Assembly (NCBI GenBank): GCA_902560855.1
Contig: CACENJ010000003.1
Coordinates: forward strand, 16,180 to 80,179
Direction of reading: 5' to 3'
DNA from: an uncultured Pelagibacteraceae bacterium
GTDB taxonomy: Bacteria > Pseudomonadota > Alphaproteobacteria > Pelagibacterales > Pelagibacteraceae
Length of the DNA stretch: 64,000 nucleotides
In this document: positions 26,594 through 35,942 of the stretch, piece after piece
Layout: each line of letters opens with the position of its first letter
How positions within the stretch are numbered: position 1 is the first letter of the stretch
Position numbers and translations under genes: made by a program
Notes under the pieces: model-generated
The model's database searches: none
Told to the model about the DNA's origin: nothing
Seen by the model: the letters and a program-made list of their open reading frames with translations, nothing else

Positions 26594-27964
26594 TTATTGC
26601 TTAACAATTTTTTCAGGTATTATTCCTTTGGGTCTATATCTCATAATTAGCAAAAGACCTATACCCATTGTTAAAAATCTAAAGTATGGTGCAGTATTTA
26701 TTAAGTGAATTTTTAAAGCATTTGTTTCTGGCAAATGAGACGTGAAAAAATTTATTAAAAATAATGCTATTGGCGCAGCTTCAACCCACAAAAACCAAAC
26801 TACAAAGCCTCCTAATATAGCTCCAAAATTATTTCCACTTCCTCCAACAATTACCATTACCCAAATTAAAAATGTATATCTCATTGGTCTATAGCTGCCA
26901 GGAGTAAACAATCCATCATGAGTTACCATCATGGCTCCTGCAATACCTACAACTGCTGATCCTAAAATGAAAATTAACAAATGCTCTTTAACAACATTTT
27001 TTCCCATAGCGTTGGCAGCCTCATCATTATCTCTTATGGCTCTCATCATTCTTCCCCATGGGGAATACAAAGCTTTTTGTGTAATTATTAAAAGGATTAT
27101 TACAACTATTAAAAATAAACCTGCTAAACAAAGTTTCACATATACAGAAGATGCTTCTATGACTAATTGATTTAAAACATCTTGTCTTTCAGCCAAAGAG
27201 TTAATTAATTTTAATTTTCCTGAATGAAACTTTTCAACTAAATCTATAAACCATGTTGAATTTTGTAAATCTACTTCATAAGGTACTGGTCTTTTTAGAC
27301 CAATAACATTTTTGACACCTCTTGATAGCCAATCCTCGTGTTTGATGACGGCAATAACAATTTCTGAAATTAGTAAAGTTGCAATTGCTAGATAGTCTGC
27401 TCTTAATCCTAAAGCTACCTTGCCGACTATATAAGCTAATCCGGCTGCAAAAAATGCTCCCACAATCCACGAAAATAAAATTGGCATTCCAAGACCCCCT
27501 AAAAATCCTGTTTTAGCAGGATCAACTGCCTCTATGTGTTCGGTTGCTGGACCAGCTATTATTCTTAAGACTATTAATCCAAATATTATAATAGCTGCAA
27601 TTATATAATTTCTTTTTTTTGATTTTTGTATTTTTTTTAAAACATAACGAATTGAAAAAACCATTCCTACTATTATTCCTAGACAAACAATCATATCTAG
27701 GCCGCCTACTGCCCAAGCTTCTTGAACTGGTGCAACTGATATTAATACTGCAGCTAGCCCTCCCAAGGCTGTGTAACCCATAATTCCAAAATTAATTAAT
27801 CCTGCATAACCCCATTGAATGTTTGCTCCCATCGTCATTACAGCAGAAACTAAGCAAAAATTAAGAATAGACAAAGCAACATTCCATGACTGGAATACCC
27901 CGACTAAAATAATAAGTATTATCATTATTATATAAGCAGTAATAACGTTTGCGTATTGCCTCAT
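26594..27964 (-). CDS. livM: branched-chain-amino-acid-type ABC permease LivM
   Basis: NIQWGYAGLINFG, LRADYLAIATL, SPWGRMMRAIRDN, VGGSGNNFG. Confidence 0.9.
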   Translation of the reverse strand: MRQYANVITAYIIMIILIILVGVFQSWNVALSILNFCLVSAVMTMGANIQWGYAGLINFGIMGYTALGGLAAVLISVAPVQEAWAVGGLDMIVCLGIIVGMVFSIRYVLKKIQKSKKRNYIIAAIIIFGLIVLRIIAGPATEHIEAVDPAKTGFLGGLGMPILFSWIVGAFFAAGLAYIVGKVALGLRADYLAIATLLISEIVIAVIKHEDWLSRGVKNVIGLKRPVPYEVDLQNSTWFIDLVEKFHSGKLKLINSLAERQDVLNQLVIEASSVYVKLCLAGLFLIVVIILLIITQKALYSPWGRMMRAIRDNDEAANAMGKNVVKEHLLIFILGSAVVGIAGAMMVTHDGLFTPGSYRPMRYTFLIWVMVIVGGSGNNFGAILGGFVVWFLWVEAAPIALFLINFFTSHLPETNALKIHLINTAPYFRFLTMGIGLLLIMRYRPKGIIPEKIVKQ

Positions 27965-28971
27965 AGTACTTTTCCTTTAAAAATTCCTGTTGGTCTAAAT
28001 AGTAAAACAATTACCAAAATAGAAAATGAAACTGCAAATTTATAGTCTGTGGACAACAATTGCATTAAAGTATCTGGTTCTAAGGACTCAGGTAATAAAT
28101 ACATGAAAAACTTTTTATATGCATAGGTTATAAATATTTCTGCAAAAGCAATAACATATCCACCTAAAAATGCTCCAAAAGGATTTCCAATTCCTCCTAC
28201 AATTGCCGCGGCAAATATTGGAAGCATATTGTTAAAGTAAACAAATGGTTTAAAACTTTTATCCAAACCATATAAAACACCTCCTATTGTTGCTAATACT
28301 CCGGCAATCATCCATGTAATCATTACAACTTTATTTGGATCTATGCCCGATAACAAAGCTAAATCCTCATTATCAGAGTAGGCTCTCATGCTTTTTCCAG
28401 TTTTTGTTTTATTTAGAAACCAAAATAATATTGATACTACAATTACAGTAACTACTATTGTTATTACTTGAGTTGATTTTATTGTTAATCCTTCATTCAA
28501 ACCTGTCATTTCTTTAAATTCATTAGCTTTCAAAATAAACCGCTCACCATCAAAAAATCGTCTATCAAAAGGACCAATAATTATTCTTACTATTGCTTGT
28601 GTAACAAACAATACTCCTATGCTGACCATCGCAAGTTGCACTGGGGGACTTTTTTTAATTCTGTAGTATCTAAAAACTAATTTATCAATAATTAGCATAT
28701 ATAAAATCATCATAATAATTGCGAAAGGTATAGTAAGTAATGCTGTTGGCAAAACTCCCAAGCTTATTCCTAGTGATTGGAAATACCATGTAAGCAAAAC
28801 AGCAAACATGGTTCCAAAAGACATCATGTCTCCTGTTGCAAAGTTTGCAAATCTTAAAATTCCATAAATTAAAGTTACAAAAATAGCTCCAAGAGCTAAT
28901 TGCGAACCATAAGATAAAGCTGGAACAATAATGTAATTTAACAACAATATTATAGCATTTATAAAATCCAC
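27961..28971 (-). CDS. livH: ABC permease LivH
   Basis: TLIYGILRFANFA, TGKSMRAYSDN, GGIGNPFGA, RPTGIF. GTG start. Confidence 0.9.
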   Translation of the reverse strand: MDFINAIILLLNYIIVPALSYGSQLALGAIFVTLIYGILRFANFATGDMMSFGTMFAVLLTWYFQSLGISLGVLPTALLTIPFAIIMMILYMLIIDKLVFRYYRIKKSPPVQLAMVSIGVLFVTQAIVRIIIGPFDRRFFDGERFILKANEFKEMTGLNEGLTIKSTQVITIVVTVIVVSILFWFLNKTKTGKSMRAYSDNEDLALLSGIDPNKVVMITWMIAGVLATIGGVLYGLDKSFKPFVYFNNMLPIFAAAIVGGIGNPFGAFLGGYVIAFAEIFITYAYKKFFMYLLPESLEPDTLMQLLSTDYKFAVSFSILVIVLLFRPTGIFKGKVL

Positions 28972-28972
28972 A

Positions 28973-29677
28973 TTAAGCTCCCAAAAATGATCTTCTTACC
29001 TCTGGATCGTTTAATAATTCGTTTCCTGATCCTTCAAATTTATTTTCTCCAGTTACTAATACATAGCCACGATCAGAAATACTTAACGCTTGTTTTGCAT
29101 TCTGTTCGACCATTATTATTGCAACATTAGTTTTTTTGACTTTTAGTATATGGTTAAATAGTTCATCCATAACTATAGGTGAAACTCCTGCTGTTGGTTC
29201 GTCGAGCATTAATACCGACGGTTTTGTCATTAACGCTCTCCCAAGAGCAACTTGTTGCCTTTGACCGCCAGATAATTCTCCAACAAATTGAGATTTTTTT
29301 TCATTTAAAATTGGAAATAATTCATAAATCTCACTTATTATTTTATCTAATTCTTCATTTCTTAAAAAAGCTCCCATTTCCAGATTTTCTCTTACTGTTA
29401 GTCCTGTAAAAACATTTTTAGTTTGTGGAACAAAAGAAATGCCACGCTTAACTCTGTCCTGAGGAGATAATTTTGATATATCTTTTCCATCAATTGTAAC
29501 GTTTCCCGATTTAAGATCGAGCAAACCAAGCATTGCTTTCATAGCTGTAGATTTTCCAGCTCCGTTGGGTCCTAAAATTGCAACTATTTCTCCTTGGTTA
29601 ACATTGATGGTACATGAAGTTATAATATCTGGCCCTCCGTATCCTCCTGTCATTTTTTTTCCTTCAAAAAAAGCCAT
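28973..29677 (-). CDS. livF: ABC ATPase LivF
   Basis: GPNGAGKS, LSGGQRQ, LDEPT, VEQNA. Confidence 0.92.
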   Translation of the reverse strand: MAFFEGKKMTGGYGGPDIITSCTINVNQGEIVAILGPNGAGKSTAMKAMLGLLDLKSGNVTIDGKDISKLSPQDRVKRGISFVPQTKNVFTGLTVRENLEMGAFLRNEELDKIISEIYELFPILNEKKSQFVGELSGGQRQQVALGRALMTKPSVLMLDEPTAGVSPIVMDELFNHILKVKKTNVAIIMVEQNAKQALSISDRGYVLVTGENKFEGSGNELLNDPEVRRSFLGA

Positions 29678-30474
29678 TAGTTTCTATTCCCTTTATGTTT
29701 TGATCCGCGTCCTAAATAACTTTCAATAACTTTTTCATTTTTTTTAACTTCGTCCGATGTTCCTTCGAATAAAACTGAACCTTCAGCCATTACAATAACA
29801 GGATCACATAATCGACTAATAAAATCCATATCATGTTCGATCATACAAAAAGTATAACCTTTTTCTTCATTTAATCTTTGAATTGAAGTACCAATATCTT
29901 TTAGTAATGTTCTATTAACCCCAGCCCCTACTTCATCCAATAAAACTAGCTTCGCATCAACCATCATAGTTCTTCCAAGTTCTAAAAGTTTTTTTTGTCC
30001 TCCAGATAGATTTCCTGCTAATTCATTTGCAAGATGTTTGAGATTTAAAAATTCTATTACTTCATAAGCTTTTTTTCTAACTTGTTCTTCTTCTTTTTTT
30101 ATTAATGTTGGTTTTAACATAACATTAACAAGATTTTCTCCTGATTGATTACCGGGCACCATCATTAGGTTTTCAAGAACAGTTAAATTTGTAAACTCAT
30201 GTGCAATTTGAAAAGTTCTAAGCAAACCTTTTGAAAAAAGTTCATAAGCCGGAACATCTGTTATATCTTCATTATTAAATAAAACTGTTCCCTTTGAAGA
30301 TTTTAAATTTCCAGCAATTAAATTAAATAATGTTGTTTTGCCTGAACCGTTAGGTCCAATAATTCCAGTAATAGATCCTCTTTTAATTTTTAATGAACAA
30401 TTAGATACAGCAGCCAAACCTCCAAAATATTTTGAAAGATTATCTATTTTCAGAATATTTGAATCTGATTGCAT
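29677..30474 (-). CDS. livG: ABC ATPase LivG
   Basis: FGGLAAV, GPNGSGKTT, RTFQ, LSGGQKKLLE, IEHDM, ESYLG. Confidence 0.92.
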   Translation of the reverse strand: MQSDSNILKIDNLSKYFGGLAAVSNCSLKIKRGSITGIIGPNGSGKTTLFNLIAGNLKSSKGTVLFNNEDITDVPAYELFSKGLLRTFQIAHEFTNLTVLENLMMVPGNQSGENLVNVMLKPTLIKKEEEQVRKKAYEVIEFLNLKHLANELAGNLSGGQKKLLELGRTMMVDAKLVLLDEVGAGVNRTLLKDIGTSIQRLNEEKGYTFCMIEHDMDFISRLCDPVIVMAEGSVLFEGTSDEVKKNEKVIESYLGRGSKHKGNRN

Positions 30475-30480
30475 AGAAAA

Positions 30481-31251
30481 TTATACTTTGTTTAATCTTT
30501 TAAGAATACTATTTAATGTTTTTTCAGTTGTCCTATAGAAACCAGCTTTTCTTAGCTCTTTAACTCCTTGTTCATTAAGTCCTCTTGGAGTTTGAGATTC
30601 TTTTACTAGGTATTTTAAATCTTTATTAGAATTAACATCGGCATCTTCAGATAATGCTACAAAAAGAGATGTGATATATTTTTGTGCTTTATCTCTTTTT
30701 ACACCTCGTTTAACTAACCAATTAGACATTGTGCTTAACAATTCGTAAAATGGCGCCATCATTCCTGAAGTAGACCAAAAGTTTTTAGAAAGTTTTTCAT
30801 TACTAATTTCAACGGCTGTTCCAAGCTTATTAAAAAAGTTTTTAACTTTTTTATTGCGTGGAAACATTGGAACTGGACCTTTTCTTAATGAAATTGGTGG
30901 AAGAGGTATTGCTCTTACAATTGTTGCTTTTACCTTAATTACTTTTTTAAGCTGAGGTAAAGTCATTGTTGAAATAAAGCTAACAATTGTTTGGCCTGAT
31001 CTAAATTTTAAATTTTTTATAATTTTTTGACCTACTGTGGGAGTAACTGCTAAAAAAATCCAATTGCAAGAATTAATTATTTCCTGATTATTTTTTGCAA
31101 TAGAAACTTTTCTAAATTGCTTATTAAGTTTTCTAGCTATATTTCTATTTCTAGGAGATAGCATTATCTTTTTAAAAGATATTTTAGAACTACATATTCC
31201 AGCAACTACGGATGAAGTTATTTTACCAGTTCCTATAAATCCCAATTTCAT
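30481..31251 (-). CDS. proC: pyrroline-5-carboxylate reductase family protein
   Basis: MKLGFIGTGKI, FLAVTP, VRAIPLP, SQTPRGLNEQG. Confidence 0.8.
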   Translation of the reverse strand: MKLGFIGTGKITSSVVAGICSSKISFKKIMLSPRNRNIARKLNKQFRKVSIAKNNQEIINSCNWIFLAVTPTVGQKIIKNLKFRSGQTIVSFISTMTLPQLKKVIKVKATIVRAIPLPPISLRKGPVPMFPRNKKVKNFFNKLGTAVEISNEKLSKNFWSTSGMMAPFYELLSTMSNWLVKRGVKRDKAQKYITSLFVALSEDADVNSNKDLKYLVKESQTPRGLNEQGVKELRKAGFYRTTEKTLNSILKRLNKV

Positions 31252-31300
31252 ATCGGTAATTTCTATACATAATTATAAAAAAAGGAACCTCTAATTCTTA
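31236..31300. repeat. direct repeat copy 1 (glaH 3' end / intergenic / proC 5' end junction)
   Basis: TAAATCCCAATTTCATATCGGTAATTTCTATACATAATTATAAAAAAAGGAACCTCTAATTCTTA; 4 mismatches and 1 indel versus the copy at 32326-32391. Confidence 0.9.
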
Positions 31301-32341
31301 TTAATATTCAATTATCTTTTTTGAACCATCTTGCATTGTAAATTCAGCAGATTCATTTTTTTTAATTATCTTAATCGATTTAAATCCATCAACTTTTTCA
31401 ATGAATTCATTAAGTTTTTTTCTTCCTTTTTTACTCATTTTAGCTCCAGGAGCATTTACTCCTACATCTATAATAACTTCAGCTCCTTTTGAAAAAGCAT
31501 TAATATAGGCTTTAACAGGAGGTCCGCATGTCATCGCTTCAGTTACCCAAATTGGTTTGTCAATTTTTTTACTAGCTAATAATTCTGAAAACTCACCAAC
31601 CCAAAAATCTTTATCACATTGTCCATCTGGTCCAGATATATGATGAATGTTAGCTATATCAAAATAATCTTTAATTTTTGGTAGGGCTGATGACCAGAAT
31701 TTTTTATTTTCTGGATACATTGCTGCTGCACCAGCCATAACTATTACTGAATCTTTTTGTTTTTCTCTTATTAATTTTGAAGAAGCAATAAAAATTTCAA
31801 CAAATTCATCTTCTGTTCCTTTAAAAAACATTTTAAATTCAGGCTCATTCATTATTTCCCAATGAGTAATTTTAGTTGTTAGTCCAGGCATATCATTATT
31901 GCCGTCTCCATCATAACGATCAACTAACAAAGACAAAAAATTTAAATAATCTGGCATCGAGCAAGGTTTATTCATACGTTTAGGAAATCCTTTAAAAGGA
32001 GGGTGTCCTTTTTTCTTTTTATTACAAGTTTTTTGATCCCATTCGGCATAAGGCCAAATAGTTGCTAAAATTTTTTGGTTACGTTTTTGAGAATACTTCA
32101 TATGTTTGTCTGTTTCGTCCCACACAAAATTTCCTTTACCTTGTTCAATAAATGACCAAACAAATGGACCTGGGTGTGGTCTAACCCACTGATTATCTTT
32201 TCCTCTCATTTTTTTATCTTTTATATAAGTTAATTCACCAAATCTAGACTCTGCTAAAGCGGTAGAACAAATTAAAAAAGTTAATAGTACAATTAATGTA
32301 TTGCTAACTTTTTTAAATTTTCTTTTAAATCCCAACTTCAT
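31301..32341 (-). CDS. exported clan GH-A glycoside-hydrolase-like protein (GH5/GH39-like TIM barrel)
   Basis: Signal-peptide-like N-terminus; WEIMNEP (acid/base) and IWVTE (nucleophile) motifs; RYDGDGNNDMPG loop. Confidence 0.65.
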   Translation of the reverse strand: MKLGFKRKFKKVSNTLIVLLTFLICSTALAESRFGELTYIKDKKMRGKDNQWVRPHPGPFVWSFIEQGKGNFVWDETDKHMKYSQKRNQKILATIWPYAEWDQKTCNKKKKGHPPFKGFPKRMNKPCSMPDYLNFLSLLVDRYDGDGNNDMPGLTTKITHWEIMNEPEFKMFFKGTEDEFVEIFIASSKLIREKQKDSVIVMAGAAAMYPENKKFWSSALPKIKDYFDIANIHHISGPDGQCDKDFWVGEFSELLASKKIDKPIWVTEAMTCGPPVKAYINAFSKGAEVIIDVGVNAPGAKMSKKGRKKLNEFIEKVDGFKSIKIIKKNESAEFTMQDGSKKIIEY

Positions 32342-32391
32342 AACGATAATTTCTATACATAATTATAAACAAAATGAACCTCTAATTCTTA
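32326..32391. repeat. direct repeat copy 2
   Basis: TAAATCCCAACTTCATAACGATAATTTCTATACATAATTATAAACAAAATGAACCTCTAATTCTTA; contains the real glaH stop and the GH gene start. Confidence 0.9.
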
Positions 32392-33271
32392 GTAATTCCC
32401 TAACCAAATCCTTATTTTCTTTAAATGGTTTTCTTCCATGAAGCCAAAAATAATTATTAGCCACTACAGTTGATCCTAAAGGTATTTTAAGAATTATTTT
32501 ATTTTTACTTTCTTCAAGTGCATCAGATAGTTTTTGTAGAAAGATGCCTTGTTCCATATTTTTTGGTTCTGGAAATTGATCTATATAAGAAATTTGAGCC
32601 TTACCTTCTTTATCAGCTGAAAAAACTGGATGTTCTACTTTATAATCAATATTTTTACTTTTAGGCGAACCCCAAGTAAAATTTTGTTTACCTACTGGGT
32701 CATTAAATAAATCTTCACAGTGTTCCCAATCGTCTAAATGGAGCATAGCACTTTCTCCACCTTCTGCATTTTTTTCTTCCATTTTAGTCATTAATAACCA
32801 ATCCGTTTTTTCTTTTACATAAGTACCATCAGTATGAAGATCCATATTAGTGTAAGCTTTTCTTAAATATGAGTCGCTATCGTCCTTATCTTTTACAAAG
32901 AATCTTGCGTAATATTTTCCAGCCATTGAATCATGATTGGGAGTGCCAATCAAGTGTGCAACAGCTGTTGAAAGTTTAACTAAAAAATTATCATCAATTT
33001 TAGAACTAGTTTTTTTAGGACTTATTATAAAGCAACCAGTTTTTCTATCTCTTACAATTGAATTTAATAGTTTACCTAGTTCATTTGAAGTTAAATCATC
33101 TAAGCTTTTTGCAATAGTAAACCGAGTAAAAGGTTTATATTCAAGTGCTATTATATTAAATTTATTAAAAGGGAAAATTAATTTATCAAGAATTTCATCT
33201 TCTATTTTTATATTAATTATTCTTTTCGATTTTTCGTGTTCTGAAATTTCAAATCCATTTATTCTTTCCAT
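32363..33271 (-). CDS. glaH: glutarate 2-hydroxylase / carbon starvation induced protein CsiD
   Basis: ALEYKPFTRF, GKYYARF, DSDSYLR, LHTDGTYV, LLHLDDW-like, WLHGR, RELLRIRG. Confidence 0.9.
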   Translation of the reverse strand: MERINGFEISEHEKSKRIINIKIEDEILDKLIFPFNKFNIIALEYKPFTRFTIAKSLDDLTSNELGKLLNSIVRDRKTGCFIISPKKTSSKIDDNFLVKLSTAVAHLIGTPNHDSMAGKYYARFFVKDKDDSDSYLRKAYTNMDLHTDGTYVKEKTDWLLMTKMEEKNAEGGESAMLHLDDWEHCEDLFNDPVGKQNFTWGSPKSKNIDYKVEHPVFSADKEGKAQISYIDQFPEPKNMEQGIFLQKLSDALEESKNKIILKIPLGSTVVANNYFWLHGRKPFKENKDLVRELLRIRGSFCL

Positions 33272-34416
33272 TACTTCAATAAAGTTGTAGTGAAAAATTC
33301 TCTTACAAGTTTTTCCGCTTCCTCAGACGAAGCTTTATTATATGCTAACGTGTTTGATTTACTTACACAACTATTATCATATTGAAACTGTGGAAGTCTC
33401 CAGCCCATTTTGTGTCGTTGTTTAATTCTTTTAAAAATCTTTTTTTTCTCTTTATCTGTTGCGCTTGCATACCACTCATTAAAGCCAATCTGCGATATTA
33501 TAGCTACATCATCTGGTGCCATTTCTGCTACAGGTAGTGAAGGATTTTCTTCATAATAACATCTACCATCATTATGGTCTCTAATTTTCATAGTTTTTTT
33601 ACCACCAGTTTTCGTTTCAAAACTGTGATGTGTGTCTGGATAGACTTTAATATCTACATCTTTTCCTTTTGCTTTAAGACGTGTTACATAATTTACACAT
33701 GAATCAACTGGAAAATATGTATCTAGTTCACCAACATGAATACGAATAGGTGTATCTGTTATCTCATCATCTTCTTTATAAGTTACGTTACATGGTGGGT
33801 ACATTGGGACACTTGCGGCAAAATCTAATCCTGGTGTTCCCCACATTTTTTGAAACCTTTTAACATTTAAATAAAGACATCCTCTAGCTCCAAGTGACAT
33901 CCCTATACAACCAATACGTTTTGGATCAATACGAGGATGATTTGATAAAAGTTCTAGCGCACCATAGCCGTCTATAATTCTATTCATGCCTCGATTTGCA
34001 GCAGCGCACCATTTAATATCTTTTTTTAAATTACTGTCTTTTTTACACTTTTTACGTCCCCAGTTACTATCAACCATGAAAGTAGCTATCCCCATGCTAT
34101 TTATTATTTTTAGCCAATGCTCTTCTGCTTCATGTACCCCTGACATTCCATGCAAAATTACAACAGCAGGAACATTTTTGTTCGCAGCATTATCTGGAAA
34201 ATTTAAAGTTCCCCAAATTGTATTTCTTTTTTCAGGCACTACTCCATTTAAAAAATCTTTTACGGTCAATATAGGCATAGATTGAAACTCCATCACTTCC
34301 CCTTTGCCTTTCCATTTTTTATCTTTAGGTGGTCCACTCTTATCTTGAGCTAATACCAGATTAGATAAAAAAAATAAAAAAATAGCTGTAAAGAAAACAA
34401 TAATTCTTAATATCAT
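33271..34416 (-). CDS. exported dienelactone-hydrolase-family alpha/beta hydrolase
   Basis: Signal peptide; PAVVILHG, HPRIDPKRIG, GMSLGA, GELD, YPDTHHSF. Confidence 0.75.
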   Translation of the reverse strand: MILRIIVFFTAIFLFFLSNLVLAQDKSGPPKDKKWKGKGEVMEFQSMPILTVKDFLNGVVPEKRNTIWGTLNFPDNAANKNVPAVVILHGMSGVHEAEEHWLKIINSMGIATFMVDSNWGRKKCKKDSNLKKDIKWCAAANRGMNRIIDGYGALELLSNHPRIDPKRIGCIGMSLGARGCLYLNVKRFQKMWGTPGLDFAASVPMYPPCNVTYKEDDEITDTPIRIHVGELDTYFPVDSCVNYVTRLKAKGKDVDIKVYPDTHHSFETKTGGKKTMKIRDHNDGRCYYEENPSLPVAEMAPDDVAIISQIGFNEWYASATDKEKKKIFKRIKQRHKMGWRLPQFQYDNSCVSKSNTLAYNKASSEEAEKLVREFFTTTLLK

Positions 34417-35202
34417 TTACCCTCCAAGGAATAGTCTACCAACATCCGAGTTGTTGAGCAAATCATCTCCTTTGCCTGCAATTGCTGTTTCTCCTGATAC
34501 TAGAACATAACCGATATCCGCAAATTGAAGACCTTTTTTTGCGTTCTGCTCTACAAGAATAATTGTTTTTTTTTCATTATTTTGAAGATCTCCAAGAATT
34601 TCAAAAACCATATCAATATATTTTGGCTCAAGTCCAATGGAAGGTTCATCGATTAATAGTATGCTTGGTTTCATTACTAAAGCTCTTGATATTTCAAGTA
34701 ATCTTCTTTCTCCTCCTGATAAAACTTTTGCTGGTTGATTTCTTCTATTTCTTAATCTTTCATATTTTTCTAAAATTTTTTCTGCTTCTTGATAAGATTC
34801 TTCAGTTTTATCTTTTATATATCCACCCATAAGCAAATTTTCTTCAACCGTCATATCTGGAAATACTGAATTATCTTGAAGAATATACGCAATACCTACA
34901 GTTTTTAATTTTTCTGCTGGCGTAAGGTTGGTTATTTCTTTTCCATCAATTTCAATTTTTCCTGAAAATATATTTGTAAAACCATAAATAGAATGAAGTA
35001 TCGTAGATTTTCCTGCACCATTGGGTCCTATTAAACAAAGGGATTGGGCTTTGCTCACAAATAAATCAAAATCATGAAGAATTTCCATTTTACCATATCC
35101 TGCTGATAAATTGCTAATTGTTAAATGTGCGTCAGATTTAGATAATTTTTTTAAATCATCTTTTTTTGGTGCTTCTCCTAAAACTGAGTACTGATCTGTC
35201 AT
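34417..35202 (-). CDS. livF: ABC ATPase LivF-like (system 2)
   Basis: GPNGAGKS, LSGGERR, IDEPS, VEQNA. Confidence 0.9.
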   Translation of the reverse strand: MTDQYSVLGEAPKKDDLKKLSKSDAHLTISNLSAGYGKMEILHDFDLFVSKAQSLCLIGPNGAGKSTILHSIYGFTNIFSGKIEIDGKEITNLTPAEKLKTVGIAYILQDNSVFPDMTVEENLLMGGYIKDKTEESYQEAEKILEKYERLRNRRNQPAKVLSGGERRLLEISRALVMKPSILLIDEPSIGLEPKYIDMVFEILGDLQNNEKKTIILVEQNAKKGLQFADIGYVLVSGETAIAGKGDDLLNNSDVGRLFLGG

Positions 35203-35942
35203 TATTGAGCTCCTAGATAAGCGTCAATTACACGTTTATCATTTTTAATTTCCTCAGGCGTGCCATTAGCTAATAATTTTCCATGAGCTAAACAAAAAAT
35301 GCTCTCTGCTAATTGCATAATTACTCTCATATTATGTTCAATTACGAATAGTGTAATTCCAAAATCTTGATTAACTTTTATAAGTCTATCAATAATTCCG
35401 TTTATTAATGTAGGATTTATGCCTGCTGTTGGCTCATCTAACAATAACATTTCTGGTTCATTCATTAATGCCATTGCAAGTTCTAATAACTTTTGTTGAC
35501 CAAAAGATAAGTCTCCTGCCCTTAGCTTTCTTTTTTGATATAATCCAACAAAGCTTAGCAAGTTCTCAGCTTTTTCTGTTAAATTTTGAGGTATTTGTGA
35601 AAATATTTTGACCAAACTCTCATCACTTGCCTTATGACTAATGAGCATATTTTCTACACAATTTAATTTTCCATATATTCTTGTTTGTTGAAATGTCCTA
35701 AGTAATCCAAGTTTTGCTATTACTGGAACTGGTAATTCTGAAACTTCTTTACCATTAAATTTTATAGACCCTTGATCTATAGGATAAGTGCCAACAATAG
35801 AGTTAAACAAGGTTGTTTTTCCAGATCCGTTTGGACCAATTAGACCAACGATTTTTCCTTTTTCAACAGACATGGAAATATCAACATTTGCTTTTACGCC
35901 TCCAAATGATTTGCTTACGTTATTTATCTCCAGAATACTCAT
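35202..35942 (-). CDS. livG: ABC ATPase LivG-like (system 2)
   Basis: GPNGSGKTT, LSFGQQKLLE, LDEPTAG, IEHNM, DAYLG. Confidence 0.9.
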   Translation of the reverse strand: MSILEINNVSKSFGGVKANVDISMSVEKGKIVGLIGPNGSGKTTLFNSIVGTYPIDQGSIKFNGKEVSELPVPVIAKLGLLRTFQQTRIYGKLNCVENMLISHKASDESLVKIFSQIPQNLTEKAENLLSFVGLYQKRKLRAGDLSFGQQKLLELAMALMNEPEMLLLDEPTAGINPTLINGIIDRLIKVNQDFGITLFVIEHNMRVIMQLAESIFCLAHGKLLANGTPEEIKNDKRVIDAYLGAQ

